From contig CAVXMQ010000018.1 in assembly GCA_963762995.1 (NCBI GenBank), positions 418,481 to 482,480 on the forward strand: a stretch of DNA of 64,000 bases, read 5' to 3'. Below, one piece after another: positions 9,314 through 18,402 of the stretch (positions are counted from its first letter, which is position 1; every line of letters starts with the position of its first letter). The position numbers and the translations under genes are program-made. Under the pieces are notes generated by a model that saw only the letters and a list, made by a program, of their open reading frames with translations, did not search any database and was not told the DNA's origin. The stretch is from an uncultured Acidobacteriota bacterium (lineage in GTDB: Bacteria > Acidobacteriota > Vicinamibacteria > Vicinamibacterales > 2-12-FULL-66-21).

Positions 9314-9877
9314 CTAGGCGCGGGAGAGGTACTCGCCGCTCTCGGTGCTCACACGGATCGTGTCGCCGGGATTGATAAACGGCGGGACGTTCACGACGAG
9401 GCCCGTTTCCGTCGTGGCGGGCTTGATCTGGTTGCTGGCCGTCGCTCCCTTGATCCCCGGCGCGGTGTCGGTGACCTTGAGGTCCACGGTCACGGGCAAC
9501 TCGATGCCGACCGGCTCGCTGCCGTAGAACTCCACGGCGATCACCGAGTCGGGCTTGATGTAGTTCACCGCGTCGCCCAGCACCTCGGAGGACATGTGGA
9601 TCTGCTCGTAACTGTCCGTGTCCATGAAGTGGTAATCGTCGCCGTCCTTGTAGAGGTACTGCATCTGCTTCTCGTCCAGGATGGCGCGTTCGACGGTGTC
9701 TTCCGACCGCAGCTTCTGGTCCGAGAGCGACTGCGTGCGGATATTGCGGAACTTGGCCCGCACGAACCCGCGCAGGTTCCCCGGCGTGACGTGTTGCAAC
9801 TCGAGCACCCTCATCAGATCGTCGCCGATCTTGATCAGCATGCCCTTCTTCATTCTCGTGGCGTTAATCGAGCTCAT
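9314..9877 (-). CDS. efp: Translation elongation factor P
   Basis: 187-aa ORF. EF-P blocks VTPGNLRGFVRAKFRNI and KPATTETGLVVNVPPFI. Abuts the tdk start with no gap. Confidence 0.95.
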   Translation of the reverse strand: MSSINATRMKKGMLIKIGDDLMRVLELQHVTPGNLRGFVRAKFRNIRTQSLSDQKLRSEDTVERAILDEKQMQYLYKDGDDYHFMDTDSYEQIHMSSEVLGDAVNYIKPDSVIAVEFYGSEPVGIELPVTVDLKVTDTAPGIKGATASNQIKPATTETGLVVNVPPFINPGDTIRVSTESGEYLSRA

Positions 9878-9892
9878 TAACTTCCTTGCACT

Positions 9893-9994
9893 GGCCGGGT
9901 CTAAAGACCCGGCCCTACATGACGGGTCGTTGCCGGGTCTAAAGACCCGGCCTACGTACAGATAACGGTCGTAGGCCGGGTCTTCAGACCCGGC
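9893..9994. repeat. Cluster of three REP-like palindromes GCCGGGTCT(AA/TC)AGACCCGGC; copies 2 and 3 form an inverted pair (BIME-like)
   Basis: Copies at 9893-9914, 9932-9956 and 9970-9994. Copies 2 and 3 each carry the CCTACG extension in opposite orientation around a 13-nt centre. Further copies lie at 20588-20607 and 29661-29684. Confidence 0.8.
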
Positions 9995-10050
9995 GAACGG
10001 TACAACCCTCGAATGGTACCAGCGATTAAACGCGGATTACAATCGAAGGG

Positions 10051-10449
10051 ATGTCTCCGAACCCCTGGCGCGATTTGCGCGGCTGGCACGAGCGCCTCGA
10101 GCGCCTGGCCGGGCACCACGCAGATGGCTGGGTGCCGCCCATCGACGTCTTCGAAACCGCCGACCGTTATGTGATCGCCGCCGAGCTTCCCGGCCTCGAC
10201 CGCAACCAGATCGAGCTCGCCATGGAAGACTCCCGGCTCACGATCCGAGGCCAGCGCGTCGGCGGCCCGTCGGGCACCGACGTCCACTACCACCAGGTCG
10301 AGCGCGGCCACGGCACGTTCTCGCGCACCTTCGAGTTCGCCGACAAGGTCGACGCCGAACGGGTGTCGGCCGACCTGACCGACGGCGTCCTCACGGTCAC
10401 GCTGCCGAAGGTGCCGCCGCCGCCCGCTCGTAAGATCGAAGTTCGCTGA
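10051..10449 (+). CDS. Hsp20/alpha-crystallin family small heat-shock protein
   Basis: 132-aa ORF. Alpha-crystallin domain blocks PPIDVFETADRYVIAAELPGL and LTDGVLTVTLPK. Confidence 0.85.
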   Translation: MSPNPWRDLRGWHERLERLAGHHADGWVPPIDVFETADRYVIAAELPGLDRNQIELAMEDSRLTIRGQRVGGPSGTDVHYHQVERGHGTFSRTFEFADKVDAERVSADLTDGVLTVTLPKVPPPPARKIEVR

Positions 10450-10463
10450 AAGCAGGTCCCGCC

Positions 10464-11606
10464 ATGGCTCGCCGCATTCTTGTCGTCACCTTGTTCATTA
10501 CGACCGGTTTCCTTGCCGGCCTCGTGCTCACCGGCCGCATGCGCACCGCCGACGAATCCGTCGCATCGCAATCGGCCGCCGCGCGCACCGACGCGGCACC
10601 TCAAGGCCGTCCCGCCGTCGCCGCTTCGCTCCCCGACCTGACCGGCATCGCCGAACGCGCCGTCAGCGCCGTGACCAGCATCTCGTCGACGCAGATCGTC
10701 CGCTCGCGCCCAGACCCGTTCTGGCAGTTCTTCTATCCCGATCAGATGCTCGAGCAGCGGATGCAGAGCCTCGGCTCTGGCGTCATCGTGTCGAGCGACG
10801 GCTACGTGGTCACCAACAACCATGTCATCGGCGACGCACGCGCCGAGGTCTCGGTCATCCTCGCCGACAAGCGCGAGCTGAGCGCCACGGTGATCGGCAC
10901 CGACGAGACGACGGACCTGGCGGTCCTGAAGATCAAGGCGGGAAGCCTGCCGACGATCCCCTGGGGCGACTCCTCCCGGCTGAAAGTCGCGGAATGGGTG
11001 CTCGCCATCGGCAACCCCTTCGGCGTCTTCAACCAGACCGTGACACTCGGCATCGTCAGCGCGACCGGACGCAACGTCGAAGGGCTCGGTTACGAAGACT
11101 TCATCCAGACCGACGCGGCGATCAACCGCGGCAACTCGGGGGGCGCGCTGATTAACGCGCGCGGAGAGCTGGTCGGGATCAACACCGCGATCTACAGCGA
11201 GACCGGGGGATACCAGGGGATCGGCCTCGCCGTCCCCAGCAACCTGGTTCGGAAGACGATGGACCAGTTAGTGAAGGAGGGGGTCGTCCGGCGCGGCACG
11301 ATCTCGGGGATCCTCCTGCAACACATGACGTCGGAACTCGCCGAGCGCCTGGGTGCGCCAGACGCGCGCGGCGTACTCGTCACGCGTCTGGACCCCCGCT
11401 CAAAGGCCGCCGCCGCCGGCGTCAAGCCCGGCGACGTCATCGTCGGCATCAACAATGCGCAGATCGACACCGCCTCGCAATTCCTGCGCGCGATCGCGGA
11501 AGCGCCGATCGGCAGCACCGTGACGCTCAACGTCCTCCGCGACGGGAAGCGGACAACCGTGCGCGTCCCGATCGATCTCGCCCAGGCCGCGCGCCGCCGG
11601 CGGTAA
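10464..11606 (+). CDS. HtrA/DegP-type trypsin-like serine protease with one PDZ domain
   Basis: 380-aa ORF. N-terminal TM/signal, catalytic His (TNNHVIG), Asp (TDLAVLKI), Ser (GNSGGALI), then a PDZ-like C-terminus (GVKPGDVIVGIN). Confidence 0.85.
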   Translation: MARRILVVTLFITTGFLAGLVLTGRMRTADESVASQSAAARTDAAPQGRPAVAASLPDLTGIAERAVSAVTSISSTQIVRSRPDPFWQFFYPDQMLEQRMQSLGSGVIVSSDGYVVTNNHVIGDARAEVSVILADKRELSATVIGTDETTDLAVLKIKAGSLPTIPWGDSSRLKVAEWVLAIGNPFGVFNQTVTLGIVSATGRNVEGLGYEDFIQTDAAINRGNSGGALINARGELVGINTAIYSETGGYQGIGLAVPSNLVRKTMDQLVKEGVVRRGTISGILLQHMTSELAERLGAPDARGVLVTRLDPRSKAAAAGVKPGDVIVGINNAQIDTASQFLRAIAEAPIGSTVTLNVLRDGKRTTVRVPIDLAQAARRRR

Positions 11607-11636
11607 ATCAGGGACAGCGCTCCACTGAAGTCGAAG

Positions 11637-12276
11637 GACAGCCACTCTCTCTTCACATAAGGCCAGAAGACCAGAAGGTATTAGGGGACGTATTGATGAT
11701 TGCGAGAAGGCTTCTTGTGCTGGCGTTCACCGCCGCGGCGCTCTGCGGCTCTCCCGTCTACGCACAGTCGCCTCCTGAAAACCAGATCCTGCTGAAAACC
11801 GCAGCCGCCGTGTTGAAGGTCGAGCCGCATTGGACTCATTCGGTTAACGTCTGTAGCGACTGTCCGCCCCTGACGGACGAACAGCTGGGCGTGGCGTCGG
11901 GTAGCTGGCATCCCCGAAACGATGACCGGGATCTCGTCACCGTGAACGTCCATCGCATGAGGACAGCGGCTGCGGCTGCCCGCTATCGCGATGTGGCCTT
12001 AAGGAATGTTCACAAGGGATGGACCACAAAGCCGTATGACGCGGGGGATGGTGCTGTCCTGGCGACTTATCCTGACTCGCGAGGTTTTACTCAGTACCAA
12101 TTGACTGTGTGGAAACGAGAGTTTCTGATCGTAATAAGCGCTCGTTCGCAGGAGCGCCTCGCCCAGTTCATCCAGTTCGTCCTGGAGGCCGTGCCGCCGA
12201 AAGCGCTTCAAGCCGGAGGTTTAAACACTATTTCCTCCTGATCTTCTGATCTTCTGTGAAACGTCCAGTGGCTGTC
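11637..12276. repeat. About 40-nt imperfect inverted repeats (containing CCAGAAG words) bracketing the gene 11696..12241
   Basis: Left 11637-11678: gacagccactctctcttcacataaggccagaagaccagaagg. Reverse complement of right (12239-12276): gacagccactggacgtttcacagaagatcagaagatca. Shared blocks: gacagccact, ttcac, agaaga(c/t)cagaag. Confidence 0.6.
11696..12241 (+). CDS. Hypothetical secreted protein
   Basis: ATG 11696 gives MIARRLLVLAFTAAALCGSPVYAQ (signal-peptide-like), followed by a 160-aa domain of no family I recognise. Confidence 0.55.
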   Translation: MIARRLLVLAFTAAALCGSPVYAQSPPENQILLKTAAAVLKVEPHWTHSVNVCSDCPPLTDEQLGVASGSWHPRNDDRDLVTVNVHRMRTAAAAARYRDVALRNVHKGWTTKPYDAGDGAVLATYPDSRGFTQYQLTVWKREFLIVISARSQERLAQFIQFVLEAVPPKALQAGGLNTISS

Positions 12277-12878
12277 GGTCGGCGAGACACGGCAGCGGAG
12301 TCGGTGGAGTAGCAGCGCCATTCCTGTTCAACCCCCACGTTGATGCCGATGCGGCGGCTCCAGGCGATTTCGGGGGTGGGCAGATTGGCGTCCTCGATTC
12401 GGAGGCTGGAGCCCACGAGGTCTTTGAGATTCTGACGCAGTGAAATGCCCAGCGCGCGCGTCAGGTTGCCGGGGCCTCGGCAGAGTGCGGCGGACTCGTA
12501 GGACGCGGCCGTTTTCCCCGTTCCTTTCGCGCGGCGCCGGCGCATCAGCGCCTCTCCCTCGAATGGCTCCAGTGCGCGGATCAACACGGCCGCCGGCCAC
12601 CCTTCGGCTTCGGTCACGGCGTTCACCAGGTAGTGGATGCCGTAATTGAGGTAGACGTAGGCGAGGCCCGGTGGGCCGTAGAGGGGCGCGTTGCGCGCGG
12701 TCGGCCCCGGCGCCGCGTGGCAGGCGGGATCGGACTCGCCGATGTAGGCCTCGGTTTCGACGATGATGCCCGAGGTGAGGCCGGCGGGCGCGTCGTGCAC
12801 GAGGACCTTGCCAATGAGCTCGCGCGCGACGACCAGTGTCGGCCGCCCGTAGAAATCGCGTGGAAGCCTACGCGCCAC
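12228..12878 (-). CDS. mpg: DNA-3-methyladenine glycosylase (Mpg/AAG family)
   Basis: Blocks FYGRPTLVVARELIGKVL, IVETEAY, DPACHA, LAYVYLNYGIHYLVN, LCRGPGNL. Start placed at GTG 12878 because upstream codons overlap the HEAT gene. The last ~10 codons are encoded by the right inverted repeat of 11637-12276. Confidence 0.8.
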   Translation of the reverse strand: MARRLPRDFYGRPTLVVARELIGKVLVHDAPAGLTSGIIVETEAYIGESDPACHAAPGPTARNAPLYGPPGLAYVYLNYGIHYLVNAVTEAEGWPAAVLIRALEPFEGEALMRRRRAKGTGKTAASYESAALCRGPGNLTRALGISLRQNLKDLVGSSLRIEDANLPTPEIAWSRRIGINVGVEQEWRCYSTDSAAVSRRPTATGRFTEDQKIRRK

Positions 12879-14071
12879 GCAGCTTGATGCGCTCGATCGC
12901 CCGTTCGGCGGCGGTGCGGACGTCCACGTCGCGATCCGCAAGAAGCGCGGCGAGCGCGGGGATGTGCTCCTGGGTCCCGACAACCCCGAGGATCAGCGCG
13001 GCATTGCCGCGCACGGCCTTGTCGGGATCCTGTAACCGTTGCACCAGTTCAGGGGCGACGGTCGGCCCGAGTTCGATCAGGTACTCGGCCACCTGCGCGA
13101 CGGCCTTGTCGTCGCGGAGCATATTCACCAGCTGCCCGCTGTAGTCCTGGCCAAGCTTCACGAGCGCGAACGCCATGGCCGCGCGCACCATTCCCGAGGA
13201 GTCCTTCACCACCCCGGCTTCGAACGCAGGAAGCTCTGACGTATCTCCGACCCGGCCGAGGCCCTCCGCGGCCGCGCGACGGATGTACTGATCGCGATCC
13301 GCGAGACGCGACTTGAAGAGCGGCACGCTCGACGGATGGGCGATTTTCGCCAGGGCATCGAGCGCCGACCACGCCCCCTCGCCGCGCCCGTAATGCTCGA
13401 CCAGCTTGGTGAGCGATTCCACCGCGGCCGTTTCGCGGATGTCGCCCAACGCGCGCATGGCCGCGAATCGCACCGGCTGCTGCGAGTCGTTGACCGCCTT
13501 GATCAGCTCTTTTCCAGCCGAAGTCACCTTGAGCCGTCCGACGACGCGCGCCGCCGCGGTCCTGATCGCGGGATCGTAATGGTCCAGGGCCTTGATCAAC
13601 TGCGGTGCGGCATCATCCGGCAGCGGCGGCTGCGCGATCGAGCCGAGTGCATAGATCGCCTCGATCCTCACCTTCGGATTCTCGTCGTCCACGGCCTTCA
13701 GGAGCCCGGTGATCAGCTCTCGGGGCACCGGGCGAGGCCAGACGGCGAGAGGCCCAGCGCTGAATGCGGTCTCGGCCCTCCCCCCGCCGCTGCGCGTCTC
13801 GATGATCAAGGCGACGTACTTGCGCGCCTTGACGTCCCGCACCAGGAAGAACGACAACTCCGGTGCCGATCGCCTCGAGCTGGACGTGGTCGAGGGGATC
13901 GTTGACGAGCGGAGCGATCGGCAGGATCGCTTCTTCGTAGCGCGACTCCCTCAGCAACTTGAGCGCTTCCATGCGCGCGTCCGGATCGGGGTTCCGCAGG
14001 TTCCGCACGACGTCGTCATAGCGCGCCTGCTGCGTCGCCAGCGCCAAGACGATCAATATGACTAGTTGCAT
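12868..14071 (-). pseudogene. Secreted HEAT/PBS-lyase-type repeat protein, one frame break (or assembly indel)
   Basis: ORF 13613..14071 supplies the N-terminus (MQLVILIVLALATQQA, then NPDPDARMEALKLL). ORF 12868..13857 supplies repeated D..VR..A..ALG HEAT-like units. The frames differ by one surplus base near 13855-13870. Confidence 0.7.
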
Positions 14072-14085
14072 AGAGCCCTCTCGAG

Positions 14086-14209
14086 CAGTGGGGTTGCTCG
14101 GGGCGACTCGGAAACTTAGAACTTAGAATTTAGAACTTAGAACCAATGGTTCTTAGTTCGGAGTTCGTAGTTCTAAGTTTAAAAGCCGCCCGAATCACCC
14201 CTTTGCCCC
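14086..14209. repeat. About 125-bp palindromic element: AGTGGGGTTGCTCGGGG head plus TTAGAAC heptamer arms
   Basis: Arms aaacttagaacttagaatttagaacttagaacca (14112-14145) and tggttcttagttcggagttcgtagttctaagttt (14147-14180), 28/34 complementary. The head cagtggggttgctcggggcgactcgg recurs at both ends of the 20486-20730 element. It lies directly 3' of uvrA. Confidence 0.75.
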
Positions 14210-14211
14210 TA

Positions 14212-17177
14212 TCAGCTTTGTCGCGACGCATAGGCGTTAGAGCGGCCGACGGCCAGCACGTCGCGCAGGTAGCGTCCGGTGTGCGAATGCTCGGCCTGGC
14301 CGATCTGCTCGGGTGTTCCGATCGCAACGATCTCTCCCCCCTCGGCGCCCCCTTCGGGGCCGAGATCGATGATCCAGTCGGCCGTCTTGATCACGTCGAG
14401 GTTGTGCTCGATGACGAGCAGCGTGTGGCCGGCTTGCAGGAGCTTCCTGAACGCGGCCAGGAGCTTCGCGATGTCGTCGAAGTGCAATCCGGTCGTCGGC
14501 TCGTCGAGGATGTAGAGCACGCGATCCCCGGTGTTCGACGACAGGTGCGCCGCAATCTTGATGCGCTGCGCTTCCCCGCCCGACAGCGTGGTCGCCGGCT
14601 GACCGAGGCGCAGATAGCCAAGGCCGATCTCATCCAGCACCTGCAGGCGCCGGAGGACTTTAGGTGACGAGGCAAAGAACGCCAGCGCTTCGCGCACCGT
14701 CATGTCGAGCACCTGGTCGACGCCGCGGCCGCGATACTTGACGTCGAGCACCGTCGACTTGAACCGTTTGCCCTCGCACTGATCGCAGGGAACGAAGACG
14801 TCCGCCAGGAACTGCATCTCGACCTTGACGACCCCTTCACCCTCGCACGCTTCGCAACGGCCGCCGGGAACGTTGAAGGAGAAGTGGCTGGCGGTGAGTC
14901 CGCGCGACCGCGAGTCCTTGGTCGCCGCGAAGAGCTCGCGGATCGGATCGAAGGCCTTGAGATAGGTCACCGGGTTCGAACGCGGGGTGCGGCCAATCGG
15001 GTTCTGGTCGACCAGCACCACGTCGCTGACGAACTCGTGGCCTTCCAGCTTGTGGTGGGAGCCGACCCGACGGTCCCAGTCCCCTTTTGCCCGCTTGAGG
15101 GCCGCGTAGATAACGTCGTGGACCAGCGTGCTCTTGCCCGAACCGCTGACACCGGTGACGCACGTCAACACGCCGAGCGGAATGTCGACGTCGACGTCCT
15201 TCAGGTTGTGCTCGGTGGCGCCGAGAACCCGGATCTTTTGCGCGATCGGCTTCCGGCGGGTGGCCGGCACCGGAATGGCCAGCTCATCGCGAAGGTACTT
15301 CGCCGTCAGCGATCGCGGCTCGTTCAACAGGCCCGAAAGCGGTCCGCTGAAGATGACGCGTCCCCCCTGCTCCCCGGCGCCGAGGCCCATGTCGACGACC
15401 GCATCCGCGACCCTGATCATGTCGGCGTCGTGCTCGACCACGAGGACCGTATTCCCCTGGTCGCGCAACTTGCGCAGGATCTTGATCAACCGCTCGTTGT
15501 CGCGCGAGTGGAGCCCAATCGACGGCTCGTCCAGCACGTAGAGCGTATCGACGAGCGCCGAGCCGAGCGACGTCGCCAGGTTGATGCGCTGCGACTCGCC
15601 GCCCGACAGCGTGGACGAGAGCCGATCGAGCGTCAGGTAGTCGAGGCCAACGTCGCGCAGGAACCCAAGACGCCGGCGGATCTCCGCAAGGATCTTCTCG
15701 GCAATCGCGGTTTCCTTCTCGGTCAGCAGCAGTTCTGTAAAAAAGGCCTCCGCTTCGCGCACGGTCAGCGCCGAGACCGCATCGATCGTGCGGTCGCCGA
15801 TACGCACGTCGCGCGCCTCGCGGCGCAGCCGCGCCCCGTTGCATTCCGGGCACGTCAAGTAGCCGCGGTAGCGGCTGAGGAACACGCGGACGTGCACCTT
15901 GTATTTCTTCCGTTCCAGCCAGCGGAAGAAGCCCTTCACGCCGTCGTAGGATGCCCCGCCCGGCCCTGAGCTTGCGGAAGGGCTGGTCGAAGGACTCGCC
16001 TTCAATGACAAACGTGCGTTCCTCGTCGGTGAGCTGCGACCAGGGCACGTCGAGGCGCACGTTGCCCTGCTTGGCGGCGCGCTTCAACTCGGCGAGCTGC
16101 GCGCGGTAGTGCGGCTTGCTCCATGGCTCGATGGCGTTCTGTTGCAGCGACTTCGACGGGTCGGGCACGACCAGGGCCATGTCGAGCTCGATCACGTTGC
16201 CAAAGCCATGGCACACCGGGCAGGCGCCGAAGGGGTTATTGAACGAAAAGAGCCGCGGTTGCGGGATCTGGTACTGGATGTTGCACGGACGGCATTCGAA
16301 GCGCTCGCTGAACTCGTGCGTCCGGGAGGCCTGCCCCTCGAGCAGCTCGATCGCGAAGGCCGCGCCCCCACCTTCTTGATAGGCCGTTTCGATCGAATCG
16401 GTGAGGCGGGTGCGCATGTCCCCTTCGAGCTTCAGGCGGTCCACGATCACCTGGAGCGAAGTGCAGTCCACGCAGAATCGCCGGATCGATATCCTCGAGC
16501 GTGACGGCGGCGCCATCGATGAGCAGGCGCCCGAAGCCTTTCCGCCGCAGGGCCGCCAGCGTTTCGGCCATCGGGTCCACGAACTCGGGAAGCGGCTGCT
16601 GGGGCGCGGCCGCGTCCTCGATCGCTTGCTCCTCGGCGTCTTCCTCCTCGACTTCCCGGGTGACCGGGTGAGACACCACGGTCACCACCGGCATCTCGAA
16701 CCCGATCAGAAGACGCGCGCCGGCCGGAAGCTCTCCCAGCCGGCGGGCGACGACCTCGGCCGTCTCACGGATCACCTCGCGTCCACAGCTCCGGCAGAAC
16801 GTCCGACCCACCCGGGCGTAGAGCAGCCTCAAGTAATCGTGAATCTCCGTCGTCGTGCCGACCGTAGAGCGGGGGTTTCGGATGCTGTTTTTCTGACGGA
16901 TGGCGATCGCGGGACAGATGCCCTCGATGCTCTCGACGTCCGGCTTTTCCATCCGTTCGAGGAACTGCCGGGCATAGGCCGATAACGACTCGACGTACCG
17001 GCGCTGCCCCTCGGCATAAATGGTGTCGAAGGCGAGCGACGACTTCCCCGACCCGCTGACGCCGGTCATGACGACCAACGACCTCGGCGGGATGGTGAGG
17101 TCGACGTTCTTGAGGTTATGCGTGCGCGCCCCGCGGATGACGATCTGCCCGCGGCGCGACTCGGTGTTAGTGGCCAT
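14212..17177 (-). pseudogene. uvrA: Excinuclease ABC subunit A, two frame breaks (or assembly indels)
   Basis: Read in three consecutive frames. 17177 to about 16472: [34 protein letters not shown]. About 16472 to about 15960: CPVCHGFG zinc module, VIVDRLK. About 15960 to 14212: [58 protein letters not shown]. Each junction needs one base skipped. Confidence 0.9.
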
Positions 17178-17342
17178 GTACGGTAACGATCTTTCGAAGA
17201 ACCTGAACAGGCCATAGTAGCCGCTACGGCGAGGTGCCTTCAACCTCTGGCGCGGAAACCGTGCTATTTTGATTGCCACTTTCCGGGTGTTCCCGGGGGC
17301 TGGTCCCCGAAGCGATCACCGGATTCCCTGGAAGAGGGGGCT

Positions 17343-17972
17343 GTGTCAGTTCGTCTGTTTATCGGTAACCTGCCTTATGCGGCTTCTGAGGCAGAGTTGC
17401 GAGAGCACCTGTCGAGTGTCGGGGAACCCGCCCAGATCGTTCTTCCCGTAGACCGGGAAACAGGCCGGCCGCGCGGCTTCGCATTCGTGGATTACACGGA
17501 GCGGAACGTCGCGGAAGAGGCTATCCGGCGATTCAATCAGCAACCATTCAAGGGGCGTCCGCTCGCGGTCAGCGAAGCGCGCCCGCGCGAAGAGCGTCCG
17601 CCCGGCCCGCGGCCCGGCGGCTTCAGCGGTCCCCGACCCGGAGGTCCGCCGAGCGGCCCCGGCGGCGGAGGATTCGCCCCGCGCCCCGGCGGCTTCTCGC
17701 CGCGGCCAACCGACGGTGGCGCTCCCGGCTCGCGCAGCCGGAACTTCGGGCCCGACGCCCCGCCGAAGAACAAGCGCAAGCCCCAACGGAAAGACGAAGG
17801 CCGTCCCAAGGGTCCGATTAAGGCTCGCCCGGTAACGACGCTTTACGACGAAGACGAAGACTGGCGCGCCAAGGACGAGGACGTGGACATCGATAACGTC
17901 GCAACGAGCAAGGCCGAGGCGGAGGCGGAGGCCGAGGCCGACCAGGTCGAAGACGACGACAAGGAGCAGTAA
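17343..17972 (+). CDS. RRM-type RNA-binding protein with long Gly/Pro-rich and acidic tail
   Basis: 209-aa ORF. RNP2 LFIGNL and RNP1 RGFAFV in the first about 80 aa, then PGPRPGGFSGPRPGG... and a KAEAEAEAEADQVEDDDKEQ tail. Confidence 0.85.
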   Translation: MSVRLFIGNLPYAASEAELREHLSSVGEPAQIVLPVDRETGRPRGFAFVDYTERNVAEEAIRRFNQQPFKGRPLAVSEARPREERPPGPRPGGFSGPRPGGPPSGPGGGGFAPRPGGFSPRPTDGGAPGSRSRNFGPDAPPKNKRKPQRKDEGRPKGPIKARPVTTLYDEDEDWRAKDEDVDIDNVATSKAEAEAEAEADQVEDDDKEQ

Positions 17973-18361
17973 TGCTGACGCACGTGAAGGTGCTGGCGGT
18001 CCTCTACATCGTGCTGGGCGCGCTGGGCGTGCTCAGCGCACTGTTGTTGATGATGGTGTTCGGCGTAGCGGCTGGAAGCGTTGGGGTCTCAGGAGATCCA
18101 GACGCGGCGGTTGCGCTCCCCATCATAGGTTTCGTCGGGACCGGGCTGTTCATCTTCCTCCTGGCCATCTCGCTGCCTGGCGTGATCGTGGGTTTCGGAC
18201 TGCTCAAGCTGAAGTCCTGGGCCCGGATCGGGGGCATCGTGCTGTGCGCGATCAACCTGATCAATATTCCGATCGGCACGATCCTCGGCGCGTACGGGCT
18301 CTGGGTTCTCCTGAATGGAGAAACGGAACGCCTGTTCGCCAGCACGCCAGTCCACGTCTAG
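17972..18361 (+). CDS. Hypothetical 4-TM membrane protein
   Basis: 129-aa ORF whose ATG overlaps the upstream stop (TAATG). Four hydrophobic segments. Confidence 0.6.
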   Translation: MLTHVKVLAVLYIVLGALGVLSALLLMMVFGVAAGSVGVSGDPDAAVALPIIGFVGTGLFIFLLAISLPGVIVGFGLLKLKSWARIGGIVLCAINLINIPIGTILGAYGLWVLLNGETERLFASTPVHV

Positions 18362-18402
18362 ACGGCGCCGAGTAGCGCACAGCTCTTGCATACCTGGCGG
18401 CA

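Noticed and set aside
17600-17720. Gly/Pro-rich repeats in the RRM gene as another heptamer element
   Set aside because: The periodicity is codon-based (multiples of 3, PGG/RPG repeats) and in frame with a continuous ORF. It is not the 7-nt word architecture.
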